Assembly: GCA_051362555.1 (NCBI GenBank)
Contig: CM120642.1
Coordinates: forward strand, 24,056,001-24,120,000
Origin: Lingula anatina
Lineage: Eukaryota > Animalia > Brachiopoda
Direction of reading: 5' to 3'
DNA length: 64,000 nucleotides
Position numbers and translations under genes: made by a program
Notes under the pieces: generated by a model
What the model was told of the DNA's origin: nothing
Database searches by the model: none
Seen by the model: only the letters and a program-made list of their open reading frames with translations
Part shown: piece after piece, positions 35,457 to 50,792 of the stretch
How the letters are laid out: each line of letters starts with the position of its first letter
Position numbering within the stretch: position 1 is the stretch's first letter

Positions 35457-38400
35457 ATGTAGTCGTGATGTCATAATGAGATTTTGTTCATAATTCAAAC
35501 TAGTTCATATTTAAGGTGTGTCGGAGATGTCATCTCTGAGTAAGTGACAGTAATTAATGCATGGATTGCACCCAGTGTCACTCATAATCGTGTAGAGACA
35601 GTTAGTCGGATTTTGGCGCGAAACAAAACACATCACGTTTACCCTTGGCGTAATTGCAAAGTTACTTTTTTATCGGTTATTTCTTTGTGGAGTTCTCGTT
35701 TGAGATGTGTTACTGGACAAGGATAGAACAGAAATACCAGACAAAGCTATGGGGGTTTTCTTTACCAGTAGAAAGGAAATTAAATGTTTCCAAATTTGTT
35801 AACGAGTGCTGATCCATTGCATCAGTAGGTTTCGGTCCCATATTAATGGAGTGCAGGCATAGGAGAGCGGACTAATTTTTTTAACGAAACATTTACTTAT
35901 AAATGATATATAGCGCCGTTCTGTATGTCTACGTAAACACTCCAGACCTCAAGCACCATGTTACCGACTGAAAGTACATAAGGAAGTAGGGACGCGTGCT
36001 TTATTGGGCGGGGTTAATTCAATGTCAAGAGTGGACGAAGTTTATGGGACTATTGGTTGTGAAGCTTGTAGTGTGTTGTCGTGCCACATATATGTATTAC
36101 CTGCTCGTAACCATTGCGCAAATTGTCTCCAGATTCGAATTCAGTGTGGTCAAGACATTTTTGGATAATTTAAAAAAGGTAAAAAGGATGTACTTTTATC
36201 ATCAGTTCGTTGACTTTGGCTATTTTGATTGCGGTCGCAACGTCACGCCTCCTCGTACATGTATGTGACGCCACAGATATCTTAGAATGAGTAACAAGAC
36301 CTATACACAGCAGATAGGCCACATTCTTCCTATATGGTCCATCATTTTTATGATGAAGCCGTCAAATGATATACCATAATGTGATTAATTTGCATCTATG
36401 CTTGAGTTTGTTTCCAACTGTATCAAACACTGTCAGGTTAAACAAGCTGCATGCCGTATGTAACAGCTACATGTAGGCCTATACAGATACTGATAAGATA
36501 GCACAACCATTTTTATTGTTCTTAATCTCATTTATTTCATTCTATTAATTTATTATTTATTTTAAGACAAAAAATGAGAAATAAGAAGTAAATTCGCCGA
36601 TTTGCTACCTTGATTTCGATGTCGCACATCACTTTTGTTTGTTGTTCAATTCCCTGTACTGGTAAATATCAGAGGTTCACTGAACAGAACACGTAAATTT
36701 CACCAATATACATATCCCTTTGTTTGAAACATTTTGAGGGATTGAAGAGTCGAATAAACCCCGCACCAAAGAAACCCTTGCTAAACTTACACAGTTCTAA
36801 TCTGCGACCACTAAGTTATTCCAGGCAAAAACCGCTAGCCGCATGGGGACGCTTTTGAAATGATATATCCCGTTAAAATGTTCTTAGATAAAGAGATGTG
36901 AAGCATATTTTTCCTTCCAACAATATGTTGCTACACGTATGTGTTATGACATAAAAGAATCCGCAATATCTATTATAAAAATATTCCAAGCGAAAGTCAC
37001 TAACCACACGGGGAACTTTAAATCAAACAGCTTTTATTTAAATCAGATCTAGTCTAGTGCTATCAGCGTCTGATACTACTTAAACAGCACAATAGGTAAT
37101 GCTTAATTCTATCCGATAGAGAGCCCGATCATCACGGGGCGTTTTTAATCAAATGCGAGGTAACGCCTTTTTGCGCAATATTTACATGTATGTACTATTT
37201 TGGCCTCTTTCACAAAATAACTTGTACCCGAAAACTGGTTCAAACTTTTACAGCAACATTGTAGTCTTCTTTGAACTGAAATTAACCAGCAGTGGTTGAA
37301 ATAAAGTCCAAATAAAACGCAATTGTTTGCCTGTTTTACAGCAAGAAACAACTGCTCATATTTCAGACCAATACTTACTTTGTCTTAGTGGACTAATATA
37401 ACTGAAGTAGCCTACTCGGTAACTTCCCGTCTAAAAGTTAAGACCAATTTTCGGACTTAAGTTATTTTGTGAAACCGTCCCCAAGTTAAAATATTATAGC
37501 CAGATTTATTGTTACAATTTAGACAGATAGCACTTATGATATACGTATGTGTCTCCACAACGTAAGCCTGTTCGCATTTGCTAGGATATATTGTATTTTG
37601 TAAGGCAGTAACACAAAGACAGTTCGGCATTTCACACAAAGACACAAATCATTTGATGGATTAACGCAAAATATGAATATTTGATTTTATTTACCGCATT
37701 TTAAACCACATCGGGAATTGTCTTATGAAGATGTGAGGGGTCCATAGTTTTTGTATATTTTGTGGGAATGTTTTGGAAGGGTGTCGGTTTTTGTATTGTT
37801 AAGTTTTTCACTATTTCCTATTTTACCTTCCGGTATCTGCGGTGCACAGACACAGGGCTATCGTGCACACCTTTATTTCCTCAATGTCAAGTGTTCTTTC
37901 AATAACACTCTTAGCTAAAATAAAACTGCTTGTGTCGTATGGGTAAATTGAATTTTTAATCACAAAAGATGTGCGATAAAATATACATCTGAGTACCACC
38001 CCGGACAGCTGGGGTCGTGGCGGTGAAGTAGCCCACATTGTTTTACTCAGGTAGACAAGGGCCGCGTAACACGAGAGGAGCGATCTTTCCTTCTCTATCT
38101 CGACATGGAAATTCACACTGCATATTTCCTCCCCTAAAGATACATTTTAAGGATAATTATGCATTGCTTATACTTCATTATGCTTTTGTTATTATGAATG
38201 CACTTGTTTTAGTTTGCATTTGCACTTCGCTCAGTTAAAAGTGTCCCTGGCTTACTTTTGCTGTGAGACACTTCTGTTTTCAAGTGCGTGAATAGATAAG
38301 GGCTCATTCCCATTGAAACTATCGGTCTACTTAGATCGATCCAACTCCGCTGCGGCTCTAGCTGAATGCAACCAGTTTAACAGATTAATAAATAAGAATT

Positions 38401-39447
38401 TAATCTGCACCAGTCACTTACTTCATTATAGGCTTTTGAAAATATTGTTCTATCTCATAAAGGATTCACTGATTAATCCGATATTGCAATATTTGTTTCA
38501 ACGTCAAGCACACCCCGTATGCAAATTGCATATAATGGGATTTGGTGATGTCAAAATATAAATATGTTCGCAAAAAAAGCTATAGTTCTTGATAAGCAAT
38601 ATTATTAAAGGTGGTCTAATTCACTGATTTATCAAAAATTTATAATTTCTAAATCATTCTTAACAATATAAATTTCAGTGTAAAATATAAAAACTTTGAT
38701 CATGCATAGATTCCTTAAGTTAGAATGACCTTAATATCACACCAACTGGCAGTGACGTATATACAGTACAACTGAAATCACGGGGACCGCCATGTGAATT
38801 GCAGTAGCATTTTGACAGATGCGCTACCAATGTATTGGATGAAGGACAGAAAATTAAAGCACAATCGAACAAAATTGCTATTAATCCTGTACATTCATAG
38901 CTGGGGGTGTCTTACCTCCCCTCCCCCCCCCCCCCCCCCCACTACCCTTGCATTTTTAACTATGCCAGTTATTTATGCATTAGGTAGAGGACGGGTCTTT
39001 ATTCCCACCTTTCGCTTTTTTTTTTTTTTTCACAACAGTTCCCCCCCACCCACCCACACACACTAAAAATGAGCTTCTTACTCGAGTAATGTACAGCGAA
39101 AAGTACATGTAGCTTGGGTTTATATGTGTACTTTTACAGCCAACACTGTGTGCGCAATTTGAATTTGATTCAAGGAAGCACAATAAATCGAAATCAAATT
39201 ATTCGAAGGTTTACTCAACTGGAGCTGTTTAAAAACATGGTGACGTCATGACATTAATCAATCGGCACGGGTGAAATATCCTGTTTCCAATTGGCTGGAT
39301 TTCCGGCAGCTAGTTTGCGGCAGTTCCGAACAGCAAGGCGGGGATATAAGGCTAAACGGCAAAATTAACTCTCATATATTGTGTGGGATCTATAGTGAGG
39401 AACACATGACCCATTGTTGATAACCAGCTACGTGACAGACCAAGGCA

Positions 39448-42400
39448 ATGGCGAAAGTATCTGCGTGTTTCTTGATTTCGTTGGCATTTGTTGCCATTCC
39501 CCGTGTTTTAGGAAGGTAGGTATTAGTAGAGACAACCCAAATTTCTTATAGCTGTAGTGAATAGAAGTGTGGTGTGTTACTTCAAGGCCTGTTTTGGGAT
39601 TTAGAAGCTACCATTTCGTCTGCGTTATAAGGTGATTACATTTCTACGACGCTGTGGCAGTAAGATTTGCCACGGAATTCCAATTTTATCAGTTGGGAGA
39701 CAGGTGTTACAATTCTCATTCTATAGTAAACAGTGATAGCTTTGGTGCCTTCCCTGTACTTGTGTATCTCGCATACAAGATAGGTCTACTGTTCGCCGAC
39801 TTATATCATTAGCAAATTCTGTAATTAATTGAGCAATTAATTTACTGGATAATCTCTCCAAACTACTGCTTTACCACACGTTTTTCGTTACCTGTACGTT
39901 AACAACGTGCGTTTATTTCCTTAATTTTACATTTGTAGTCAAGGGAGAACAATGCATTTCTGGTATTCATATTTAACGAAGCTTATATATTATGTAACTA
40001 CTTAGACAGCAAAGTCAACGGAAAACCTTATTGTTCGGTCAAATTTAGAGACACACACAGAGCGTTAGATTCATTTAGAAATCGAGATTGGGTTTATAGA
40101 TTATAATATTCTCCGTACGGTTTTTGGATAGGGCTTCACTTGGTGAAAAGGAGAAAATTCCGGTATTTTCCATGGATATTTATTTTGCTTATTAAAAGAA
40201 ATAAGCATGTCATTTAGGTTAAGTATGACCAGTTAAGTATTTTTTCTAATTCAGCTCGGAGCCTATATTCGAGGACCCGGATGAGCAGTTCAGGGTGTGC
40301 GCCAACCCCGCGGAGTACGACGGCGTGGAAGCGTTCGGCTCAGACTTGTGCGGCAACATGTGTTGGTGTGGGAAGGACGAAGAAGGACGCGTGGAACTCA
40401 CCTGTACAAATCACCCATGCGAAGGTGATTTTCATAAAAAGTCTAACCCATAATTATTTTAACCCATCCCCATCCCACCCCACACGACACACGCGACCAC
40501 ACACACACACACACACACACGCACACACATACTTGTCTATGTGTACCAACCGAGGACATCAGCACAACACCATACAACCGAGGACATCTTATTCCTTGGT
40601 TAAATCAAAATAAAAACATTCAATTTAGGGTAAAATCTATTCGAGTATGAATGTTATAAATTAATTTTTTATAAAAACTAATTTTTTGCTGACAAGAATT
40701 TTACATTCTAACCGAGGACACACACGGACACACACACGGACAGACACTACACATTACAACCGAGGACATGCATGCATCTACATGTAATAATGATTGTACT
40801 TTTAATGCAAAGCAAATTTTATATAGCGTTACTTTGCAGCAATTCACATTTTTATGAAATTCTTTCATATTTAAGGTAAATTCCAAAATAACACCAGAGG
40901 TGATGATTAAATGAACAGTTATACAATATTTAATGCTGGGCTTTGCCACTTTTTTAGAATTGAAGATTATGAGATAAAACATCAATTAATTTAGGAAAAG
41001 AAAGGATACTGATGAAATAAAATAAAAGACCAAAGAAATTCGTTTTCAAACATTTTATTTTCATAATGCTTATTTTCTATTTAGCACTCTTTTATTATCA
41101 TGAATTTTGTATTTTGATAACACAAAGTGTCGTCCATTGGATACAGACTTGAACAGTACACAATTTTACAATTGAGGACATCATGCCAGCAGCACCCAAA
41201 ATTGTGCTTTCTTCCAATTTGATGCAATATTATATAATGCGTAACAGCATAATGATCATCAATTTTTTATAATAAAATATTAGTATCATGAATATTCAGA
41301 AAATGTGACTAGCAAAGGTTTTCAGGTTCATGGAACTCCAAAGTCATACTTTGAAAATGCTAAATGTATACAAGAGAGCACTGTACTGAAATGGGTTTCT
41401 TTCCATTTTTAACTTTTTTTACATAAAATAATACAGTTTACTGCCATTTCACATGATCAACTAAGAAAATTGTTGAGATGGCAAAAATATCAATATAACA
41501 AGTTTAAATGTCCAATTTCCTCCATTCCGAACATTGTGAATGATTGAATCTGACAAACTACAATGATACGAGTTCATTTCCATTTTGGCACTTTTTTTAC
41601 ACAATACAAGATAACAGGTTTACCACCATTTTTATATAATCAACTAGCAATATTGTCAAGACGCAGAAATTGTCAAACAACCCATTTTACATATCTAGTA
41701 AATTCAATAATGAGACTGTTTACATGCCTGACAATCAAATCTGAGGAAAACCACTTATATACAAATAAAAGCTGAAGTCCCTCAAAACTCAACCAATCAA
41801 TCTTATTTTTAAATTTGATTTGTATATAGATAACATTGATCACTCTTGTGAGTTTAATGACAACAGGCCTATCCGTTCTCCCTGAAATGTGCTTACAGTG
41901 TTACTAATATGCTTTTACTAATAATCATCAGTTCTGTGAGTTTCATGAAAACATGCTTTAAGTTATTGGTTCTCCCTGAAATGTGCTTACAGTGTTACAT
42001 ATATGCTGAAAAAAAAAAAAAAAAAAAAAAAAAACAGCATAATATTTGAAAGAAAAGGGCCTGGTCTTGCTGATTTTCAATCTTGACCATTCTTTTACTA
42101 ATAATCATCAGTTCTGTGAGTTTCATGAAAACAGGCTTATTGGTTCTCCTTGAAATATGTTAACAGTGTTGCATGTACACTGAAAAAAGGAGAAAAAATG
42201 CAAAACTTTTGAAAATAATCACCCCATTTCCTCCATTTGGAGACACTGTATTACACAGTACATGATAACATGTTTACCGTCATATTTATATAATCAACTA
42301 GCAATGTTGTAAAGATGCAGACAATTTCAGAGAAACACTAACATATTTACATATCTAGTTAATTCAATAACGAAACTGTCAACATGCCTGACAATCAAAT

Positions 42401-44118
42401 CTGAGGAAAACCACTTATATACAAATAAAAGCTGAAGTCCCTCAGAACTCAACCAATCTATCTTATTTTTAAATTTGATTTGTATATAGATAACATTGAT
42501 CACTCTTGTGAGTTTAATGACAACAGGCCTATCGGTTCTCCCTGAAATGTGCTTACAGTGTTACTTATATGCTGAAAAAAACAGCATAAAATTTGAAAGA
42601 AAAGGGCCTGGTCATGCTGATTTTCAATGTTGACCATTCTTTTACTAATAATCATCAGTTCTGTGAGTTTCATGAAAACAGGCTTATTGGTTCTCCTTGA
42701 AATGTGCTTACAGTGTTACATATATGCTGAAAAAAAAACAGCATAACATTTGAAAGAAAAGGGCCTGGTCATGCTGATTTTCAATCTTGGTCATTCTTTT
42801 TAATTTACTAATAATCATCAGTTCTCTGAGTTTCATGAAAACAGGCCTATTGGTTCTCCTTGAAGTGTGTTTACAGTGTTGCATGTACACTGAAAAAAGG
42901 AGAAAAAAAATGCAAAACTTTTGAAAATAATCACCCCATTTCCTCCATTTTGAGACACTGTATTACACAGTACATGATAACATGTTTACCGTCATATTTA
43001 TTTAATCAACTAGCAATGTTGTAAAGATGCAGAAAATTTCAGACAAACACTAACATATTTACATATCTAGTTAGTTCAATAACGAAACTGTCAACATGCC
43101 TGACAATCAAATCTGAGGAAAACCACTTATATACAAATAAAAGCTGAAGTCCCTCAAAACTCAACCAATCAATCTTATTTTTAAACTTGATTTGTATATA
43201 GATAACATTGATTACTCCTGTGAGTTTCATGAAAACAGGCTTATTGGTTCTCCCTGAAATGTGCTTACAGTGTTACTTATATGCTGAAAAAAAAAAACAG
43301 CATAACATTTGAAAGAAAAGGGCCTGGTCATGCTGATTTTCAATCTTGACCTCTCTTTTACTTATAATCATCAGTTCTGTGAGTTTTATGAAAAGCCTAC
43401 TCTGAAGTATCGAATAAAAGTACTGATGGAATAAAAGTACTGGGTGGAAAAAATCTCAAAATTTAATAAAAGTACTGATGGAATAAAAGTACTGGATGGA
43501 AAAAATCTCGAAATTTAATAAAAGTACTGGGTGGAAAAAACCTTTACACCGCTCCCCCCCCCCCCCCCCCAAAAAAAAAAAAAATGAAATAAATAAATAA
43601 AAGTAAAGAAGAAGAAGAGAAAGAAACAAGGCAGCAAAGCTGTCAAATGTACAGACAAAAACCAGAAAATAAAAACGCAGGAAATAGGATACTGTCAATT
43701 CTGATGAACTAATGTATTATGCTAACTGTAAATGCATAGCCAAAATCAAATTCTTATTCTGCATAACATTGGATTAGGATGAAAGTAAAATGTGTATCAA
43801 GCATTAGACTAAGTTCCCATACCTAGATCAATCTAACAGGATCAATCCAACTCCAAGGGGTTTCTCACTAAATTGCTTTCAGTTTGAGAGTCTTAGGATT
43901 CTGGCATGCCAGTTTCAGTAGGCGTGACAGACAACTAAGCCACTTACATTGATTGCAATTTAGCGAGAATTCCCATGGAGATAGATCGATCCACAGTTAG
44001 CGTGATAGGGTCTGGAAATAGTCCCTAAGGTGTCAGGCTGATAAGAGTTAAACTTTGGAAATGCCAGAATGAGGTACAGTGAAAATTAAACACAAAAAAA
44101 AATTGCTTAAACTCATTA

Positions 44119-44192
<74 letters not shown>

Positions 44193-47100
44193 TTATTATT
44201 ATTATTATTTTTTTTTTTTTTTGCTGTATGTCAATCCTAAGAATCATTCTTGTAACTTAACAAAATACAGAAAATGTTACAAAGTAAGAGTACAGGGCTC
44301 CTGGCAGATGGGAGTGATAAGTCACGACTTGAAAATGCCAGTATAGCACTCTATAAACCTGCATTGCCTCCAAAACAGAAAACAATCACACTGGTTTTCA
44401 AACACAAGCTGCACTTCTGTCTTATGAAACTTTTCAGTAAGTTTCAGTATCGTAAGTAACATGGTTTTCCCTTAACCGCTATCCTGGCAGCAGTGTCCAA
44501 AATAGGGTTTTCTTCAACTTTCATGCAATAAACCATAATACTTAACAGCATAATGACCATCAAATTTTTTATAAAAAAATAAAAGTATCATGAATATTCA
44601 GAAAATGTGATTTGGGAAGGTCTTCAAGGCCATGGAAGTTCAGAGTCACACTTTCAAAATGCCAAAATGTAAACAAGAGATAACTGTACTGAAATGATTT
44701 TCTTTCCATTTTCAACACCTTTTTTAAAACAAAATGATCAATAAACTGTCATTTTTAAATGTTCAACTAGGAAAATTGTTGACATAGGAAAACTATCAAT
44801 AGAACAATTTTCAATGTCCAATTTGCTCCATTTGCAGATGCTGAACATAGTGAATGATTAAATCTGACAAACTGCAATGATGAGTTCCTTTCCATTTATG
44901 ATACTTTATTACACAATGCACAAAATTATAACAGGTTTACCGTCATTTTTATATAATCAACAATATTGTTAAGAAGCAGAAAATGTCAAAACAACACTTT
45001 TACATATCTTATTAGTTCCATAATGAGACTGTTAACATGTCTAAGAATTAAATCTGAAGAAATAACAATTATATACATAAATACAGAAAATGCACAGCAC
45101 TTCTGGTGGATGGGAGTAAAAAATCACATCTTGAAGATGCTAGTGTTTGAAAAATAATTTTAAAAAAATTAAAAAAAAAAAAACGTAAAAAATTCCAATA
45201 AAGCTGCTATTCAAACTTTTAATCTAGCTGTATTAACTTGATATTAATAACCCCACCAAGTTTGAGAAAAATAAAGCACTGTTATTCATCTATAGCATGA
45301 TGGCATAACACATTCTTTTTGTTGTAAATTTATTTGCAATGTTTAACACCATTTATCTGCACAATTATCACCAAATCCTAATTTTGTGACACAGTTAAGA
45401 GAGCTAAACCTATGGGACTTTACAGGGAAATCTCAAGGAGTGTTTTATGTAATCTCATTTAATGGCCAATTGAAAATTAATGAGTAGGCAAGTGACTTTA
45501 TAGACCTTAATTTAATTAGTGATCACCCAAGGGACAATTTTATAGACTGCCATCCATACAGTACCATCATATAGCACAAAGGTGTTGCATACATGCTGAA
45601 AAAAGTGAAAAACAGCATTACTTCCCTAAAAATGACCCAATCACGCTGATTTTCAAACTTGACCTGTGTATTATGAATATTCATCAGTTCTGTACGTTTG
45701 AAACCAAAAGGTAAAATGGTTTTCCACTTATCGTGTTATCGGTGCTGCATATATGCTGAAAAAAGTGAAAAAACAGCATAAATTCCCTATAAGTGACCCG
45801 ATCATGCTGATTTTCGAACTTGACCTGCGTATTACTAACATTCATCAGTTCTGTAAGTTTCAAGCCAAAAGAAAAAACAGTTTTCCACTTATCGTGTTAT
45901 CGGTAAAAGTGCACGGCGACGACGGCGACAGCGACGGCGACGACAGACGCAGATGACGGCTATATGTACAGACACATCTGTGTCTGTACATAAAAAGCTA
46001 GCTATTGATCATTGTAAAAAAAAAAAAAAATTCACCAGGTAAAATTCACTCAGTATTAAAATTTATCTTAAAAACGGGATGAGTTAAATTTCATAATTGT
46101 CAGGGGCCGAAGACCCAGATATATCGCACCTAAGCCGCCTCCGAGAGCCATACGGTTCATACTAGTAAATTTATTCTCAGATATAAGGTTCGTTTTGCAT
46201 ACCTGTAAACTCCTAAGGGTTTATCTTACATAGAAATGTGATTTAACATCGTTTAAATCATAAATCGGCATGAAATAATTGACGTTTGAAAACAGACACA
46301 ACTTCTTTGCTGCACTTGAAATGACCTCCTTAGCTATAAATATGATCCTATCACCTTGCGACATTGCATCATTCGATCGATATACATGAGTAGTTGTCAC
46401 TGCTGAAGGGAAAGCACGTCTATTTATAGAAACTGAAATCAGGTGACGCATGTACTGTTGTGTTCAGAGAGCGACTTCCGCTTGACCTACTTTCCAGTGC
46501 TGTTTGTGGAACAGTCGGTAATGAGTTGAGATTTCGATTTTCTTCTCATTATACTTCAATTTAAGAAAATAAAAAGCGTGACTTGTACTTGTGTAATTTC
46601 CCACCGGTACAATAGGTATTTAATAAACATACCGGGTGGAAGATTTTTGAAAAAATTAATAAGCGTAGGCTACTGGGTGAAAATGGAGCGTACCGGCGGG
46701 AAGAAATTTGGAAAATTAATTAACGTACCGGTACGTTTATTTGATACTTCAGAGTAGGAGAGCTTAATTTGATAAAAAAAGACCTTTAGTTTAAAAATAT
46801 GAACTTACTGAATATATAGACATCTGAGATATAACATTAGTTTCAGTTTAGTCTGCCCTTTACAGCACAACCGAGGACGCGGAATTTGGTCCGCCCTTTA
46901 CAGCACAACCGAGGACGCGTGTGTATAGCCCGATTTCAGACAAAAAGTTGGACAGTATTTCTGATACACTCGTGGCGGGAATTTGGCCCGCGCTATACAG
47001 CATAACCGAGGACTGGCTCAGAATAGCGTCAAATTTCACCACCTAACTTGAAATGGGCCCCTTTATGCATTCCACTGCTTATGTCAACCGAGGACGTCCT

Positions 47101-48432
47101 CGGTTGGAGGTGTGTCCTCGGTTAGTGGGTTTCGGGCGGGTGTGTGTCCTCGGTTAGAATGCGTGCACAAGAGCACACACACACACACTTAAAGTTGCTG
47201 TATTCTATTATTTTTATATATAAAAAACATCTGTTTTTAGAACCAGATACCAGATCCCTTCTCCGAGTCATTGAAATTAAGAATCTGTATTAACCCAGCA
47301 TAGATTATGCACCTAATTGCGAGTAATTTTTCTTTCCGAAAATTCTACAAGAAGTCTACATTTGACACTGTTTTTTTCTTAATGTAATATAAGCAGCCAG
47401 TCATTTCTTTAATTGAGACCATACAAAAACAAAGAACGCAGTAGTATAAATAGTATTAATATTACCATAAGTAATGTAGCATCACTAACAACAAAAAAGC
47501 GTTTTTATCAGTTGCATCCATATTTTTAGCTCTCCAACAACTTTTAATAGTAAAGGGCCGTTGAACTAGAACAAACCAACCACCTGTGTTTATAATGAAA
47601 CATCGGCCCATGTGCCATACCAATCCCAATGTACATGCTGCTTGTTTTCTTTTCATTATATGCTGCAGATCCGTGTCTGCCGGAGACAGCGCGCACTGCC
47701 TGTGTAAACCTTCATATATGTCATGACCTATTAGACGGCATCCGGCATAGTTTTAACTAAAGAAACTACCACCAAATAGCATATGTTAATTTGACAAATA
47801 AGGGTCTGTGTAATGGTGGGGGGGGTATTTGCTACCTTTTAATAAAACCGATTTGCACTTGCTTTTCTGACTGTTTTAATCATGGGTAATGTTTTCTTCT
47901 TTGAGTAGGTCTGACATGAAACTGTTTTAATTTGTCAGTTTACACAAATGATGCACCCGACGACCCAACGATTCCCATTGAAATGTGTTTCATTTATCTT
48001 TTAAGATAAATTAAAATTAGTAAATACGCTTTGTACAATTTACCAATAGATACCAATTTTGTCATTAAAAATGCTACTTCAAATTAATTTGGGTCAACTC
48101 CAGAATAAAAAGGAAAAATGTAAAAGGCAAAAAAAAAAAAGATTAATTCTACTAACAGGTCTTACACGACCAAAACAACGCCCATAATTCAAACTGATTA
48201 ACAATATTTTCTTTCCTCAGGCAAACTGCGGGTCCTGTGCTCAGACCACGGGGTGGCCCACCGCGACCCGTCCAGCTGCGGCCGGTTTTACGTGTGTAAA
48301 TCGATCACGTACAAGCATCTGGTGTACGACCACGTGTTGTTCAGTCAGTGTCCGGAAGGCACCGTCTTCAACGAGAAGAAGAGCATCTGCGACAAGCCAG
48401 TCAACGTAAACGAGTGTTACCAGGAGGAGTAG
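39448..48432 (+). CDS. Secreted pacifastin-like inhibitor domain + CBM14 chitin-binding domain protein (PAC-1)
   Basis: Exon 39448-39515: signal MAKVSACFLISLAFVAIPRVLG, phase 2. Exon 40255-40424: SEPIFEDPDEQFRVCANPAEYDGVEAFGSDLCGNMCWCGKDEEGRVELTCTNHPCE, phase 1. Exon 48221-48432: GKLRVLCSDHGVAHRDPSSCGRFYVC...QCPEGTVFNEKKSICDKPVNVNECYQEE*. Phases are compatible; none of these frames is in the ORF track. Confidence 0.78.
41370..45995 (+). mobile_element. Helentron/HINE-like repeat complex with internal tandem arrays and a 3' hairpin
   Basis: Tandem ~120-bp and ~660-700-bp units in 41730-43390. Block 41170-41760 recurs diverged at 44470-45080. The 3' end has a (GACGGC)n-like microsatellite, then a 14-bp perfect stem tatgtacagacaca-tc-tgtgtctgtacata (45963-45992) and AAAA. 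Confidence 0.6.
43807..44025. mobile_element. Diverged Harbinger-type MITE relative
   Basis: ttcccatacctagatcaatct...cagtaggcgtgacagac...cccatggagatagatcgatc...tctggaaata; related to the 25318 family. Confidence 0.5.
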
Positions 48433-48810
48433 TTCTTATTCATTTAACGGACGATTTGACCCAGATTCTGATGATGTCACCATTATGATTTAATATGACT
48501 GATTTCATATGATACTTGTTTTTATTGATAAAGTACAAATTAAATGAAAATGGGGAAAAGCGTGACGCTCGTGATACTACTGATGACGTACTAGTAGATG
48601 CTTTGCTGCCTCATCATTGCTCAATATTCAAGTATATACAACAAATGAAAGCCCCTTTTGATAATTGAATTGGCCGCTTAAAATATTTGAATGTTATTTA
48701 TTGATGATATCATTACGGAGTGATCAGCATAAAGTTTGTTGCATTACTACAACTACTAATGAGTTTGATTTGAAATTTGAAATTGAAATTGTTAAAAGTA
48801 CTTTATATTG

Positions 48811-48846
<36 letters not shown>

Positions 48847-50037
48847 GTTATGTAGATTTGGCTTCTGCCTATGATCGAACAATAAATTTTTTATCATGAT
48901 TTATTAGTTCAGCTTAGATGTTAGACAGGATAATAGTGCTCGCAATGAGGGTAAAATGTCTATCCATTCAGTTAATTGCGGATGTAATCAACATTTGTAA
49001 CTAAGTCTTTTTGCGCGCGTGTGTATGCAGTGGCGGATATGGGGGGGGGGGGAACAGACCCCCCCTTCGATTTCTGAAAAAAAACCACACCAATGGTTTC
49101 CTCTTGAAATTAGAATTTTGACTAGTTGAATCATAGTTCTAAACCTTACCAAATGGCACCGTTCGCCCTCTAAATTACCAAAATCTACAGTTTACAAAAT
49201 AAAGCAATTACAAAATTACTTGAACAGCTTCTCGCAGAAGGTTCAGAAGATTCGTATTCAGTTGCAAATACAACCACTCTTATCTCTCTTGATAATATAG
49301 AGCATCTGCAAAAAAAAAGGCGTCTCATCTGACAGATGTGTCTGTCGTGCCTGTTTGACGTTAAAACGGCTCCAATGTAAAAGAAAAAAAAGAAAGGAGA
49401 AGTTCTTATTATGTATAACACTTTTTGTCTGCAGAAGTACTAGTAATAGCAATTCTAGTTTCATAATGTAACTTCGTCATTTAAAGGCGGAGCTGATTTT
49501 CTTTATAGTATTCCATACACAACTTTTCCTCTTAGAGCGCTGTTTGCTTTACCGACAGTGTAAATACCCACTTACACGCGTATTGCCCGATAAAATTCAA
49601 ATCTACATGTTTAATTTGCTCTCAAGTTGGCAAGCTTAACAAATAAAATGATGGATTATCTTTCCTACAATCTATCCTTAAAAACGCTATCTTCAAGAAA
49701 GGTCGTAAATATTTCAGATTCGACAGGAGTGGAATATTAAATGCGCAAAAGAGTTGAGTATTCCGATAAAAGATATAAATCACTTTATTTTTAACTTTCG
49801 ATGAAAAGACTGCTTGATTAGGCACATAATTAATATGATCACACTTTTCAAAGAACAGGAAACCTTGTTCTCTGAGCTCTGAAAATTGACGTCGCATAAT
49901 TACGCGCCTCAAAAACAGCACTTCCTTCAAAACTTTAAGCTCTGCACTGATAGAGAATTTGACTTCATCGACAAAGTATCAGGACGTAACTTTCATCTTA
50001 TCCCAACTTCACTGAGATCTAAAATAACTCAGACAAA

Positions 50038-50792
50038 ATGGGAGAGAAGTATTTCGCTTACGTTTTGGTCGTCTGCGTTGCTGCATTGGGGATGGCAGTG
50101 CCTTTGCCAGACGAAAAACTCCCCGTGGTTGAAGAGATAAAGAAGTTCTGCGCAGAGCATGAGGAGAATACACCGTTTATGTACGCTTGTAATCGTTGTT
50201 GGTGTGGCGCCCCAAACCAACCGCCGGCGTGTACTAAAAAGGGTTGTGTCAAAGGTACGAGTTGAGCAATGGCCAATATTCTTCATTGAATATTATTTTA
50301 GACTAAGTTCCTATTTTTATTTTAGCTTTAGCATTAAACTGAGTAATCTTTCAATGAGTGTGGTCAGCTAAGATGGCTAAATACTGTTTTTTCGTGTATT
50401 ACCCTCAATTCTATATCCATTCTGGAATATATATTTTAATAGATCTACGCTTTTCAAATCACAAATTTTTTTAAAAGACAAACTTCAAATCAAGACAGAT
50501 ATTTGAAAATATTTCCGTCTGAAGAAAATTATTATTTAACTCATTATATTGCGAATTTCGGGTACAAAGATCACTATTTTAATTACATTTTTTTTATATA
50601 GAGTGGAAATGTTTTATCAGATGGTTTTTCAAAATTCGTTATTTGAGATGAGTTTTTAATTAATTTCCAGTGGACTGCGGCTCCCACGATCCATACAAGA
50701 CATGGGAGGCTGATGGCGAAGAATGTAGCTGTCAGTTCTTAGCCAACAAGGCTGGGTGGGAAGTTTTTGGTCCCGTCTGCAAGAAACCATGA
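50038..50792 (+). CDS. Secreted pacifastin-like serine protease inhibitor + 4-Cys C-terminal domain (PAC-2, putative P1 Lys)
   Basis: Exon 50038-50254: signal peptide then C-x12-CNRCWC-x8-CTKKGC. Exon 50671-50792: VDCGSHDPYKTWEADGEECSCQFLANKAGWEVFGPVCKKP*. Phase-1 GT/AG intron. Confidence 0.88.

Larger units (their letters stand above)
40704..47161. mobile_element. ~6.5-kb composite TIR element filling intron 2 of PAC-1
   Basis: 21-bp TIR cattctaaccgaggacacaca / tgtgtgtcctcggttagaatg. AACCGAGGAC is reiterated near both ends (~40547, 40576, 40710, 40758; 46869, 46908, 47004, 47087; inverted at 47096, 47114, 47146). Confidence 0.65.

Noticed and set aside
41730-43520. Tandem arrays as CRISPR-like or coding repeats
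   Set aside because: Eukaryotic context, no unique spacers and no ORF; consistent with satellite-like internal repeats of a mobile element.
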